Positions 7,490-17,229 of a stretch of 41,338 bases of DNA are shown here, in pieces. The position numbers and the translations under genes are program-made. The DNA is from a virus (Duplodnaviria > Caudoviricetes). The notes under the pieces are model-generated. The model was not told the DNA's origin, did no database searches, and saw nothing but the letters and a program-made list of their open reading frames with translations. Location: the IMG/VR virus record IMGVR_UViG_3300037313_000552, positions 1 to 41,338 of that record; one strand, 5' to 3'. The stretch's first letter is position 1; the number at the start of each line of letters is the position of its first letter.

Positions 7490-7792
7490 ATGTCCCGCGC
7501 TCGATCTCGTGCAATCGTCGAAAGGGCAGAAGTCGTGCCTGAAATCGCGTCCGAGATAGCCGAGGCCCTCAACCGGCTGGCGGACGAATGCGCGGGCATT
7601 GCTGGAGCCCTGAGCTACCTGGCCGCAGGAAAGCACTCGGGAACGGCGGGTGAGCAAAGGCAGCTCGGAGCGGTGATCTACCACACCTCGGTCCAGCGGT
7701 TCGGCGGGGTGAAGTACGACGGCGACCCGATTGACAAGCAGACGATCGACGAGCTCGACAAGACATTCCGGAAGCTGCTGAGAAAGCCGTGA
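7490..7792 (+). CDS. Hypothetical protein, first late gene
   Basis: AAGGGA RBS; 100-aa ORF with phage-like codon usage. Confidence 0.7.
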   Translation: MSRARSRAIVERAEVVPEIASEIAEALNRLADECAGIAGALSYLAAGKHSGTAGEQRQLGAVIYHTSVQRFGGVKYDGDPIDKQTIDELDKTFRKLLRKP

Positions 7793-7942
7793 TCTGGTTC
7801 CGCCCGCCCGTCAAATACCGGGCATGGTGGGATAGCAAGCTCTGCCAATTGTACGGCTGCGGTGGATGGGGGCGAGGCTGTGGGGAGCGCATCTCGCGCC
7901 TCTCCAGCACACGCCCGCTGACAATGACCGAGACCACCTCAG

Positions 7943-8224
7943 ATGGTGAAGCGCAACAACCATGGCAGGATCCAAGGCCGCAGAGGCGCAGCGCTAAGGC
8001 TTGCTCGTCTGGCAAGAGAGCCACTGTGCCGCGACTGCAAAGCCAAGGGTATCTACACCCGGAGCACTGTCCCCGACCACATCACGCCATTAGCGCTTGG
8101 CGGTACTGAGGACGACAGCAATATCCGCTGCCTATGTGGTCCATGCCACGATCGACGCACAGCCGAGCAATTCAAGCGCATCATTAAGCCAGAGTTCGGA
8201 GTGGACGGATGGCCCATCCCTTGA
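7943..8224 (+). CDS. Terminase-associated HNH endonuclease (HK97 gp74-like)
   Basis: EPLCRDC...PDHITPLALGGTEDDSNIRCLCGPCHDRRT...GVDGWP; directly upstream of cos/terS. Confidence 0.9.
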   Translation: MVKRNNHGRIQGRRGAALRLARLAREPLCRDCKAKGIYTRSTVPDHITPLALGGTEDDSNIRCLCGPCHDRRTAEQFKRIIKPEFGVDGWPIP

Positions 8225-8300
8225 AGGGGGGGGTATCTCAATCTCTATCGCCTCCGTGTCGGAAACCGTGCGCTGCCACGAATTTCATCGCTAACACAGG
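8225..8300. other. Probable cos region
   Basis: Between HNH and terS, starts with G-run; dyad GAAAcCGTG-cgctgc-CACGaaTTTC at 8262-8286. Confidence 0.55.
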
Positions 8301-8308
8301 ATTTTCCC

Positions 8309-8761
8309 ATGACCGCTCGCAAACAGCGCATAGATAGCGCCACGGCGGCGGTTCGCGTTATGGCCTCTGCGCTGGACGGCTTAAGTCCTCCGGAGCATTG
8401 CCCGCTTCCAGGGAATGCGATGCCCTTCTGGAATGCAATCACACGGGGGCGCACGCGCGACGAATGGGAAGGCACCCCCGCCTTACTCGTGACCGCTTCA
8501 AACCTTGCCTGGGTTCAATGGCAGATTGTGCGACTTCGCCAGCTAATCGATGCGGAGGGCGACATCCCGGACGCGAAGGCGACGAAGCGGCTGGATGATC
8601 TTCAGCGGCTGGAAATGGCATATCTCCGAACGCTTCAGCAGCATGGGCGCGGAGCGGAGGGTGAGGCAAGGGACGTTGGCAAGCGCCGAGCCCACGCTTC
8701 CGGAATCAAAGCCGATAACCCGCTAGACGATAATTTGCTGGCGAGGCCGGCGCTTAACTAG
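8309..8761 (+). CDS. terS: Terminase small subunit
   Basis: Position directly before terL; 150 aa; PPEH...FW motif typical of P27-like TerS. Confidence 0.85.
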   Translation: MTARKQRIDSATAAVRVMASALDGLSPPEHCPLPGNAMPFWNAITRGRTRDEWEGTPALLVTASNLAWVQWQIVRLRQLIDAEGDIPDAKATKRLDDLQRLEMAYLRTLQQHGRGAEGEARDVGKRRAHASGIKADNPLDDNLLARPALN

Positions 8762-10276
8762 ATGACGCGCGGCGAGAAGGTCATTGCCTTCATTCACCGC
8801 TACTGCCGGATACCAGAAGGGGCCAAGGTCGGACAGCCGATCGAGCTTGCCGAGTTCCAGAAGAAGTTCATCCTTGAGGTTTACGACAATCCCGCAGGAA
8901 CGCGGCGAGCATATCTAGCGATAGCGCGAAAGAACGGCAAGTCGGCGCTGATTGCCTGCCTGCTCCTGGCTCATCTTGTCGGGCCGGAAGCGGTGTTGAA
9001 CAGCCAATTGGTTTCTGGCGCCCGTTCGCGGGATCAGGCCGCACTTGTGTTCGCGCTGGCGAGCAAGATGGTGGACCTCAGCCCAGAGCTGAGGAAGCTG
9101 GTTAGGATCGTGCCATCGGGAAAGAGGCTCATCGGCCTCTCGATGAACACGGAATACAAGGCTCTCGCGGCTGACGGGACCACAGCCCACGGTCTTAGTC
9201 CTGTCCTCGCCATTCTTGACGAAGTGGGCCAGGTCAAAGGGCCGCAGGACGATTTCATTGACGCAATTACGACTTCGCAGGGCGCGCACGAAAAGCCGCT
9301 TCTGATTGCGATTTCAACGCAGGCGCCAACCGACGCTGATTTGTTCTCGATCTGGCTGGACGATGCTGAGCGGTCGGAAGATCCTTCGATTATATGCCAT
9401 GTTTATACGGCACCTGAAGATTGCGCGCTGGACGACGAGGATGCGTGGAAGGCGGCTAATCCTGCCCTGGGGCTGTTCCGCTCACGGCGGGATGTCGAAG
9501 AGCAATCGGCGCAGGCAATGCGTATGCCGAGCGCGGAGAATACCTTCCGCGTCCTGACACTGAACCAACGCGTCAACATGGTCGCGGCTTTCGTGTCTCC
9601 GGGCGTGTGGAAGGCCGGCAACGGTGCGCCCGGAGAGCTAGACGGAGTTGTCTATGGCGGGCTCGACCTCTCCGCGACAACTGACCTTACAGCGCTTGTT
9701 CTCACATGTCGTAAAGACGGCATGGTTCACGTTCGACCGTTCTTCTGGATGCCGCTCGATAGCGTCTCCGAAGCGTGCCGAAGGGACAAGGCGCCCTATG
9801 ACGTTTGGGTTCGGGAGGGGCTTTTACGGACCACTCCTGGGAAAGTCATCGATTACGATTACGTGGCGCGGGACATCGGACAAATATGTTCCGGTCTCTC
9901 GATAGCAAAGATCGGTTTCGACCGCTGGCGCATGGACCGGATGCAACAGGCTCTTGCTCGGCAGGGGGTCGGGCTCCCGCTTGAGCCATTCGGGCAGGGT
10001 TACATGAGCATGAGTCCGGCGCTTGATGCGCTGGAGGCGGACTTGCTCAAGGAGTGCGTACGCCACGGCGGACATCCGGTGCTGGCGATGTGCGCGGCCA
10101 ATGCTGTCGCGGTGTCCGATCCAGCCGGAAACAGGAAGCTCGACAAGGCGAAAGCGACGGGCCGCATTGACGGGATGCAGGCTCTGGCAATGGCGGAAGG
10201 GGTGGAGGCGATGATGCAGGATCTGATCCCCGTCTCCCCTTGGGATGATCCCAACTTCTCGCTGGTGAGCGCCTGA
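8762..10276 (+). CDS. terL: Terminase large subunit
   Basis: Walker A IARKNGKS, Walker B LAILDE, ISTQA, nuclease GGLDLS, GRIDGMQA. Confidence 0.97.
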   Translation: MTRGEKVIAFIHRYCRIPEGAKVGQPIELAEFQKKFILEVYDNPAGTRRAYLAIARKNGKSALIACLLLAHLVGPEAVLNSQLVSGARSRDQAALVFALASKMVDLSPELRKLVRIVPSGKRLIGLSMNTEYKALAADGTTAHGLSPVLAILDEVGQVKGPQDDFIDAITTSQGAHEKPLLIAISTQAPTDADLFSIWLDDAERSEDPSIICHVYTAPEDCALDDEDAWKAANPALGLFRSRRDVEEQSAQAMRMPSAENTFRVLTLNQRVNMVAAFVSPGVWKAGNGAPGELDGVVYGGLDLSATTDLTALVLTCRKDGMVHVRPFFWMPLDSVSEACRRDKAPYDVWVREGLLRTTPGKVIDYDYVARDIGQICSGLSIAKIGFDRWRMDRMQQALARQGVGLPLEPFGQGYMSMSPALDALEADLLKECVRHGGHPVLAMCAANAVAVSDPAGNRKLDKAKATGRIDGMQALAMAEGVEAMMQDLIPVSPWDDPNFSLVSA

Positions 10277-11529
10277 TGGGGCCGGACGATCCGATCTTTG
10301 CCGAAAAGCGGATGATTACGTCGCTGACCGGCGAATCCATCGAGCGGCCTGGATCCAATTTACTGCGCGTGTTCGGGCTAAGCGATATTGCGCTGCCTAC
10401 GGTCACGATCAGCACGGCGCTGACTGTTCCGGCTGTATGGGCGGCGGTGTCGTTCCTGTCCCGCACTCTAGCCGCTCTGCCTCTGCACGCATTCAGCAAC
10501 AAGGGCGATAAGGCCGAGCGGATCAAGGGGGGACTTGAGACGCTGATCCACGAAGCTCCTAACCCTGAGTGGACAAGCTTCAAGCTGCGCCAGCATTTCT
10601 GGCAACAAGTGTTCACCGGAGGTCGGGGGCTACTCTACATAGAGCGCTCAGGCTCGAATATCGTCGCTTTGTGGCCGATCGATCCGACGCGAGCCACGGT
10701 AAGGCGGACGCCTATCGGAACGACCACTTATGAGGTCGGAACAAAGACCTACCAGGCATCGGAAGTCATCGATGTTCCGTTCATGCTTCGGGCGGACGGG
10801 CTCTGCCATTATGGCCCGATCATGCAGGGCGCGGAGACGATCCAGCTCGCGCTCGCGATGAACAAATATGGGGCCAAGTTCTTTGCTGGCGGCGGGGTTC
10901 CTCCGCTCGGTCTGACTGGACCTCTACCAGCTGGCCCCGAGGCCATGAAGCGGGCGATGGCGGACGTTCAACGCTCGATTGACGTGGCGCGGGAATCCAG
11001 CGCTCCTATCGTCCAGCTTCCGCCCGGGTATGAGCTGAAGCCGATCGCCTTCGATCCCGACAAGGGACAGATGGCGGAAGGGCAAAGGTTCGTGGTCGAG
11101 CAGATCGCGCGGCTGTTCAACCTACCGCCCGTGTTTTTGCAGGACTTAGAGCGGGCGACGTTCACCAACGCCGAGCAGCAAGACCTTCACTTGGTGAAGC
11201 ACCTTGTTGGGCAGTGGGCGCAGGCGCTCGAAGAGGAAATGAACCTCAAGCTGTTCGGGCAGCGCAACGGCGGACGCTACGTCGAGCACAACCTTGACGG
11301 CCTTCTGCGCGGTGACTTCAAGACGCGCGCCGATGCCGTTGCGGCTCTAGTCCAGTGCGCGGTTTATACGCCGAACGCGGGCGCTCAGTACATGGGTCAA
11401 GAGAAGAGCGACGACCCACTGATGGACAAGCACTACATTCAAGGGGCGACTGTCCCGCTTGAGAAAAGCGGGGAAAAACCGGCTGGTAGCGTAGCGCCGA
11501 AGGGAGATAATAATGGCGCTACAGCTTAG
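10276..11529 (+). CDS. HK97-family portal protein
   Basis: PAVWAAV, PNPEWTSF, IARLFNLPP, FTNAEQQ, LLRGDFKTR. Confidence 0.95.
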   Translation: MGPDDPIFAEKRMITSLTGESIERPGSNLLRVFGLSDIALPTVTISTALTVPAVWAAVSFLSRTLAALPLHAFSNKGDKAERIKGGLETLIHEAPNPEWTSFKLRQHFWQQVFTGGRGLLYIERSGSNIVALWPIDPTRATVRRTPIGTTTYEVGTKTYQASEVIDVPFMLRADGLCHYGPIMQGAETIQLALAMNKYGAKFFAGGGVPPLGLTGPLPAGPEAMKRAMADVQRSIDVARESSAPIVQLPPGYELKPIAFDPDKGQMAEGQRFVVEQIARLFNLPPVFLQDLERATFTNAEQQDLHLVKHLVGQWAQALEEEMNLKLFGQRNGGRYVEHNLDGLLRGDFKTRADAVAALVQCAVYTPNAGAQYMGQEKSDDPLMDKHYIQGATVPLEKSGEKPAGSVAPKGDNNGATA

Positions 11530-11920
11530 CGTTGCCGCCCGCAATGCGCGGCTGGATGCGATCGAAACCGCGATTGGCGTTTCCGCCGTGCTCAAGATCA
11601 GGACCGGAGCGCAGCCGGCGAGCTGCGCGACTGCGGATAGTGGAACCGTTCTCGCGACTTGCTCGCTTCCCTCGGACTGGATGAGCAACGCCGCGTCCGG
11701 ATCCAAGGCGCTCTCGGGCTCGTGGAGCGACAATGCGGCGGACGCTGGCGGAACTGCGGCGCATTTCCGCATCTACGCGAGCGATGGGACGACTTGCCAC
11801 ATGCAGGGATCGGTCACGATCACGGGCGGCGGCGGGGATATGGAGCTCGATAATACCAACGTGGCCGTAGGCCAACAGTTCAGCGTAACGAGCTTCAGTC
11901 TTACCGACGCTAATTCCTAG
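11513..11920 (+). CDS. Virion structural protein (head-fibre cassette gene 1)
   Basis: Small-residue, beta-rich ARNARLDAI...LKIRTG...GTAAHFRI pattern seen in phage structural genes. Confidence 0.75.
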   Translation: MALQLSVAARNARLDAIETAIGVSAVLKIRTGAQPASCATADSGTVLATCSLPSDWMSNAASGSKALSGSWSDNAADAGGTAAHFRIYASDGTTCHMQGSVTITGGGGDMELDNTNVAVGQQFSVTSFSLTDANS

Positions 11921-11922
11921 CC

Positions 11923-12534
11923 GTGGCTGACAACATTGCCATCACTCCCGGTTCGGGGGCGACGGTCGCCACGGATGACGTTGGCGGGATCCAATATCAG
12001 CGGGTCAAGAATTGCTTTGGCGCTGACGGCGCGGCAACAGATGTCTCTGGTGCATCTCCGATGCCGGTATTCCAGCAGCACAGCGGGCGGACGTTTATTC
12101 ACCTCTGGGCGTCCGGTGCGGCATCGGGAACAACCGGGACGGAAACAGCGATCACGCTCACAAGAAGCGGGGGCGCCGGCGCGGCAACGAGTTCGGCTGC
12201 GACATTCGTTCCGACTGCCAGCAAGCGGTTCAGAATCACGAGTTTGACCTTCGGAAGCAGGGGCAACGCCACGGCGACCGCACAGGTCACGACTTTCACG
12301 GTTCGCGTCAATTCGGCTGGCGCAGTCACGACTTCCAGCAACGCCTTTCTTCAGACGCGGACGGCTACTCCGGCAACCGCCTTGGCGTGGGATCGGGTGA
12401 CGCTTCCGCTCGAAGAGGCTGGCATGGAGATTGTGGGCGACGGCACGCTTCAGTTCGGCGTGACGGCCAACGCAGTCTTTGTGACCAATGCTCCAACATG
12501 GGACGTAGTGATTACCGGCTACGAGTATTCGTAA
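11923..12534 (+). CDS. Putative head fibre / decoration protein
   Basis: ADNIAITPGSGATVATDDVGGIQYQRVK N-terminus; Thr/Ala/Gly-rich beta protein. Confidence 0.7.
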   Translation: MADNIAITPGSGATVATDDVGGIQYQRVKNCFGADGAATDVSGASPMPVFQQHSGRTFIHLWASGAASGTTGTETAITLTRSGGAGAATSSAATFVPTASKRFRITSLTFGSRGNATATAQVTTFTVRVNSAGAVTTSSNAFLQTRTATPATALAWDRVTLPLEEAGMEIVGDGTLQFGVTANAVFVTNAPTWDVVITGYEYS

Positions 12535-13008
12535 ATGCTGCTCCTGCTTCGCGGGACGGCGCAACAGTCAGGCATATCTGGAACGCTTTCAACGACCTTG
12601 GGAGCCGCGATCGCAACGTCCGCCGCGAAGGTCGCGGTTTCCGGTTCGGAAAGCAAAGCGCTTGGCGCTGCCGTCTCGGCCGCGGCTGCGAAAATTGGCC
12701 TCAAGGGTGGGGCAAGCAAGGCCCTAAGCGGCCTTACATCGGCAGGAACGGGGAAGGTTCAGGCGAAGGGCCAGGCGGTCAAATCGCTGAGCGGCGCAGC
12801 CTCTACGGGGGCGGGCAAGGTTTCGCTCGCCGGTCACGCGGCGAAGGCTTTGGGCGGCATAGCTCTGGGCGCCGCAAGTGGTCTCAAGGTCATGGGCAAC
12901 GCGACAAAATCGCTCGGCAGTACAATCGCCAGCGCGCGTGGAGCGATTGGAAATACGGCGGGCACATGTCGCCCGCACAGCAAGGCCAATGTGAGAGTTG
13001 GTCTTTGA
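12535..13008 (+). CDS. Ala/Gly/Ser-rich 21-aa repeat fibre protein
   Basis: Six ~21-residue repeats (SGTLSTTLGAAIATSAAKVAV / SGSESKALGAAVSAAAAKIGL / KGGASKALSGLTSAGTGKVQA ...). Confidence 0.7.
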   Translation: MLLLLRGTAQQSGISGTLSTTLGAAIATSAAKVAVSGSESKALGAAVSAAAAKIGLKGGASKALSGLTSAGTGKVQAKGQAVKSLSGAASTGAGKVSLAGHAAKALGGIALGAASGLKVMGNATKSLGSTIASARGAIGNTAGTCRPHSKANVRVGL

Positions 13009-13017
13009 GGGGATTAG

Positions 13018-13278
13018 ATGGCTGACAATTTTGCGACATTCCAGACGGGATTGGGCGATCCGCTCACGGACGGCGTTGCCGTCACTCCATCGGATTCGAC
13101 GGTCCTGACCACAACGCGAGCGGTGTTCGTGGGAGGCGCAGGAAATATCTCGGTCGTGACCAGTGCGGGAACCACGCTGACGCTTACCGGAGTGACGGCG
13201 GGAACGCTGCTCCCGATCAGGGTCACGAAGGTCCGGTCAACATCGACCACCGCGACCAACATCGCCGCTCTCTGGTAA
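13018..13278 (+). CDS. Head spike base protein (RcGTA Rcc01079-like)
   Basis: VTPSDST.L..TRA.FVG.AG...AG.LLPIRV.KV..T.TTAT.I.ALW matches recalled spike-base family pattern; 86 aa. Confidence 0.85.
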   Translation: MADNFATFQTGLGDPLTDGVAVTPSDSTVLTTTRAVFVGGAGNISVVTSAGTTLTLTGVTAGTLLPIRVTKVRSTSTTATNIAALW

Positions 13279-13291
13279 GGGGGTCAAGACA

Positions 13292-13879
13292 ATGGAGCGT
13301 AGATCGCTCACTACGCCGCCAGAGCTTCGCGGAGGCGGCAAGACGATCGCTGGCTATGCCGCGATTTTCAACGATGTCGCTGACATCGGCGGATCGTTCC
13401 GCGAAGTCATTGCGCCGGGCGCGTTCAGGGGAACGCTGGACGGCGATATTCGCGCTCTGGTCGATCACGACAGCGGGCGGGTCATCGGTCGTTCCAAGGC
13501 CGGAACTCTTCGGCTGAATGAGGACGACAAGGGCCTCGCTGTCGAAATCGATCTTCCCGATACGACGGACGGCAGGGACTTGGCAGTTTCGCTGACGCGC
13601 GGCGATATTTCGGGAATGAGCTTCGGCTTCCGCGTCACCCATGACGAATGGGACGAAACTGGCGATATTCCTCTTCGGACAATCCGCGCCGTCGAGCTGT
13701 TCGAGGTGTCGGCCGTCGCCTTCCCCGCATACGAGGGCACGGAGCTTGCACTTCGCTCGCTCAATGACGTGAAATCAGAGCGCGAGAAAGCAGAGCATAA
13801 CGCAGCCGCCGCCCGCGCCAGGATAGCCGCCCGCAAGGCTGAATCCGAACAAAAGTTTCGGGGCATCAAGCCCGAATAA
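13292..13879 (+). CDS. HK97-family prohead protease
   Basis: IAGYAAIFN, E.IAPGAF, LVDHD, GMSFGF, LFEVSAVAFPAY. Confidence 0.96.
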   Translation: MERRSLTTPPELRGGGKTIAGYAAIFNDVADIGGSFREVIAPGAFRGTLDGDIRALVDHDSGRVIGRSKAGTLRLNEDDKGLAVEIDLPDTTDGRDLAVSLTRGDISGMSFGFRVTHDEWDETGDIPLRTIRAVELFEVSAVAFPAYEGTELALRSLNDVKSEREKAEHNAAAARARIAARKAESEQKFRGIKPE

Positions 13880-13971
13880 TCCCGGCGCAAGCCGAGCCCT
13901 AACCAAGCCCTTGGGAAAGGCGTGACCCGCACCGTCGCGACGACGGCGCTTTCTCACAGAGAGACCCAACC

Positions 13972-15225
13972 ATGAACCTGACTGAAATGCAGGACAAGCG
14001 CGGCCAGCTTGTCACCGAGGCCCGTTCTGCGCTCGACGAAATCAAGGCCAACACCGACGAAGCCCGCGCGACCGAGCTTGAGCAGCGCCATGACAAGATC
14101 ATGGGCGAACTCGACAAGATCGACGCCAACATTGCTCGCGAAGAGCGTGTTGCCAAGCTGGAGAAGGAAGCTGAAGAGGCCCGCAAAGCCAAGCGTCCTG
14201 ACCAGAGCGGCGAGGGCCGCGGTGCCGACGAGCCGAAAACGCCAGAATATCGCGATGCTTTCATTGCGCTTGTTCGTGCTGGCTTCGATCCGCAGGAGCT
14301 TTCTCCTGAACATCGCGCAGCGCTGAAGGCGGGTGTTACCGAGTTCCGCGCGCAGACTGCCGGCACGACCACGGCAGGCGGTTACACCGTCCCGACCGAC
14401 CTAGCCGCATCCGTCGATAAGACGATGAAGATGTGGGGGCCGATGTATGACGAGGCGATCTGTACCGTATTGAACACGGCTTCCGGCAATCCGATCGACT
14501 TCCCTACCGTGGACGACACCGCATCGACGATCTCGCAGCATACCGAAGCCGGGGCGATGACGGATGACGGCTCCAAGGACGTGACGTTCGGCAAGATGAC
14601 GCTCAACGCGTTCGCTTACGACACGTCATGGATTCAGGTGTCGATGGAGCTGCTTCAGGACAGCAACATCAACGTCGAATCGTTCATTGGCGAACTGCTC
14701 GGCGAGCGTATTGCGCGCCGCGTCAATACCGAACTGACCACGGGCGACGGCACTGGCGATCCGAACGGCATTGTCGTGGCCTCTGTTGCCGGTAAGACTG
14801 CGGCTTCGACCACGGCGTTCACGGCGGACGAGGTGATCGACCTCCTGCATTCGGTCGATCCGGCCTACCGTGCTTCGCCGAAGTGCCGTTTCATGCTGCA
14901 TGACTCCGTTCTCGCGGCGGTTCGCAAGCTGAAGGACGGCAACGGCCAGTATATCTGGTCGATGGGCGACATTCGCGCGGGTACCCCTGGGAGCCTTCTG
15001 GGCCAGCCCTACAGCGTGAACCAGGCGATGGCGTCGGCCTTCACCACGGGTCAGAAGCTGATCCTGTTCGGCGACTTCAGCAAGTATCTCGTCCGCAAGG
15101 TCGGCTCGCCGGTCATCGGGGTGCGGCGCGAATACTACTGGCCGAATATCGGCCTCGCCGGGATCGTGCGCCTTGACGGCGACCTGATCCAGACCTCGGC
15201 CGTCAAGCACCTCAAGCTGGCTTAA
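13972..15225 (+). CDS. HK97-family major capsid protein
   Basis: Coiled-coil delta domain, GGYTVP, VSMELLQDS, GDGTGDPNGI, LKDGNGQYIW, FGDFS. Confidence 0.97.
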   Translation: MNLTEMQDKRGQLVTEARSALDEIKANTDEARATELEQRHDKIMGELDKIDANIAREERVAKLEKEAEEARKAKRPDQSGEGRGADEPKTPEYRDAFIALVRAGFDPQELSPEHRAALKAGVTEFRAQTAGTTTAGGYTVPTDLAASVDKTMKMWGPMYDEAICTVLNTASGNPIDFPTVDDTASTISQHTEAGAMTDDGSKDVTFGKMTLNAFAYDTSWIQVSMELLQDSNINVESFIGELLGERIARRVNTELTTGDGTGDPNGIVVASVAGKTAASTTAFTADEVIDLLHSVDPAYRASPKCRFMLHDSVLAAVRKLKDGNGQYIWSMGDIRAGTPGSLLGQPYSVNQAMASAFTTGQKLILFGDFSKYLVRKVGSPVIGVRREYYWPNIGLAGIVRLDGDLIQTSAVKHLKLA

Positions 15226-15232
15226 CCTGATC

Positions 15233-15260
15233 GGGGGCGGGTTTTCGGCTCGCCCCCTTT
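15233..15260 (+). terminator. Intrinsic terminator after capsid gene
   Basis: GGGGGCGGG-ttttcgg-CTCGCCCCC-TTT. Confidence 0.75.
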
Positions 15261-15279
15261 CTCATTCGGAGAAAGCCAC

Positions 15280-15657
15280 ATGGCTGGTTCTTACAATACC
15301 ACTGGCTATCGCAACGCCGATGGCGTTCCGGTGGTGCAGGGGCAGACTGCGGTAACGCAGATCACCTCAATTTCAACGGGCGTCACTTGCTCGGCTTATT
15401 CCGGTGTCATCACAACCGTTTCGCAGACGGTCGCTGCTGGTTCCAATGCCGAGTTCACGGTGACCAACACCAAGGTTGCGGCGACGGATAACGTTGTCGT
15501 TAACATCAAGACGCACACCTCGGCCGGTTCATTCATCGCGGCGGTTTCCGCCGTTGCGGCAGGATCGTTCAAGATCAGGCTTTGCAACCTTCACGCTTCG
15601 GCGGCGGGCGACAACGTGCTCGTGCTAAACTTCACAGTTGTGAAGGCCGAAGCCTAA
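15280..15657 (+). CDS. Putative capsid decoration protein
   Basis: VTQITSISTGVT...GVITT...FTVTNT.V.ATD.V.VN beta-rich domain; GGAGA RBS. Confidence 0.7.
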   Translation: MAGSYNTTGYRNADGVPVVQGQTAVTQITSISTGVTCSAYSGVITTVSQTVAAGSNAEFTVTNTKVAATDNVVVNIKTHTSAGSFIAAVSAVAAGSFKIRLCNLHASAAGDNVLVLNFTVVKAEA

Positions 15658-15830
15658 TGCGGGTTGAGATGCTCGTCGGCCTTGTCGGCGGCATCACACT
15701 TGCGCCTGGGGACGTTGCGGAGTTCGCGGATGATGAGGCGTTGCGCCTGATCTCTGCGGGCTTCGCCGTTCCAGTCGCGCCGAAGATCGAGCGTGCCGTT
15801 AAAACGCCAGTGGAGAAGCGCAAGAAATGA
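15657..15830 (+). CDS. Small head-associated hypothetical protein
   Basis: PGDVAEF.DDEA.RLI.AG.A.PV pattern common after MCP; TAATG/ATGA coupling. Confidence 0.7.
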   Translation: MRVEMLVGLVGGITLAPGDVAEFADDEALRLISAGFAVPVAPKIERAVKTPVEKRKK

Positions 15831-16411
15831 GCTGGCTTCCCACGGTCGTTACCGTTTCTCCAATCTCCGAACCTGTCTCATTGGCCGAGGCGAGGTCTCA
15901 GTGCCGGATAGATGGTACGGATTCAGACGGCGACCTCAACCGGTACATCATCGCCGCGCGGACGCTTATCGAGGAATATACGGGGACCAAGCTGGTCTCT
16001 CAGACCGTGCTCATGCAAGCTTCGCGTTTCTGCGACCTTATCGATCTCCCGACTGCCCCGATCATTTCTGTTTCGTCGGTCAAATATCTCGACACGACTG
16101 GCGTCGAGCAGACGCTTGATACTTCAGTTTACGAGCTCGTGAATACGGGTCTCGATCCGCAAATCCGATTGAAGATCAACCAGACCTGGCCGTCAGCGCG
16201 TCCCGTTTCGGATGCGGTCAGAGTTACCGCAACCGTTGGTTATTCGACGGTGCCGGAGTCCCTCCGCGCCGCGATGCTCATGCTCATTGCCCAATGGAAC
16301 GATGAGCGATCCTCGATTTCATCCGTGCGCCAATCCGTGACTTCTGATGGCGGCGTTCCGACGCTCCCCAACACGGTTGACGCGCTTCTCGCCAATTACC
16401 GCCGCTTCTAA
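15827..16411 (+). CDS. Head-tail connector (gp6-like)
   Basis: EPVSLAEA...RID...I.AAR...E.YTG, VPESLRAAMLMLIAQW. Confidence 0.9.
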   Translation: MSWLPTVVTVSPISEPVSLAEARSQCRIDGTDSDGDLNRYIIAARTLIEEYTGTKLVSQTVLMQASRFCDLIDLPTAPIISVSSVKYLDTTGVEQTLDTSVYELVNTGLDPQIRLKINQTWPSARPVSDAVRVTATVGYSTVPESLRAAMLMLIAQWNDERSSISSVRQSVTSDGGVPTLPNTVDALLANYRRF

Positions 16412-16477
16412 CCCAGCCTTAGGCAAGCTGCCGCCGCGCCGTGAGGCGCCGCATCCCTTTGATGGAGCCCACACAAT

Positions 16478-16891
16478 ATGGCCGACCTTACTATCACCGC
16501 AACGAGCGTTGTTGCCGGTTCTACTGCTCGCATCACCGAAGGAACCGCCGGGGTCGCAGTGACCGCTGGTCAGGTTCTCTATCAGGAAGGCGCGACCGGC
16601 CTGATGAAGCTCTGTGACTGCAACAGCGCGACCGCCGAAGTCCGCGTGCCCAAGGGTATCGCCCTTCACGCCGCCGCCGCGAACCAACCGGTCGCCTTTC
16701 TTACCCAAGGGCCGATTACGATCGGCGCGACCGTCACGGCCGGCGTTACCTATTTCGTTTCCGGCACTCCCGGCGGCATCCGGCCAGCCGCTGACAATAC
16801 CACGGGTGATTATGTTTCCATCGTCGGCATTGCCACGTCCACGACCGTCATTGACGTGCTGTTCCACCAGTCCGGCGTGGCGATGGCCTAA
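16478..16891 (+). CDS. Structural protein (capsid cement/DUF2190-like)
   Basis: AG..VTAGQVLY...GIALHAA...YFVS.TPGGI; GGAG RBS. Confidence 0.7.
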   Translation: MADLTITATSVVAGSTARITEGTAGVAVTAGQVLYQEGATGLMKLCDCNSATAEVRVPKGIALHAAAANQPVAFLTQGPITIGATVTAGVTYFVSGTPGGIRPAADNTTGDYVSIVGIATSTTVIDVLFHQSGVAMA

Positions 16892-17229
16892 TGCAAGCCG
16901 GCGACCTTCGGGACCGTATTGCCATCCGGCGAAGGACGGAAACGAAGAACGCTGGCGGCGGTCTCGATATCGGCTGGGCCGACCTTGCTACGGTATGGGC
17001 CAATATCCGGTCGATCAACGGCAAGGAGGCCGTCATTGGCGGTGTCCTCCAAGGGGTTTCATACTTCGAGATCGTCATTCGCCATCGGACGGACCTTGAG
17101 GTTTCCGATCAGATCCTGTGGCTTTCCAACGGCGACAGGGAACTGAATATTCTCTCTGCCGAGGATCGCGACGGACGGCGGCAATGGACCGTCATTCAAG
17201 CGTCTGACCAAAGCCCGCAGAATGCGTAG
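16891..17229 (+). CDS. Head closure / head-tail adaptor (SPP1 gp16-like)
   Basis: MQAGDLRDRIAI...W.DLATVWANI. Confidence 0.9.
   Translation: MQAGDLRDRIAIRRRTETKNAGGGLDIGWADLATVWANIRSINGKEAVIGGVLQGVSYFEIVIRHRTDLEVSDQILWLSNGDRELNILSAEDRDGRRQWTVIQASDQSPQNA

Noticed and set aside
7789-8109. 106-aa ORF coupled to 7490-7792
   Set aside because: GTGA coupling is suggestive, but it overlaps the HNH gene by 167 nt and has no recognisable motif; left uncalled
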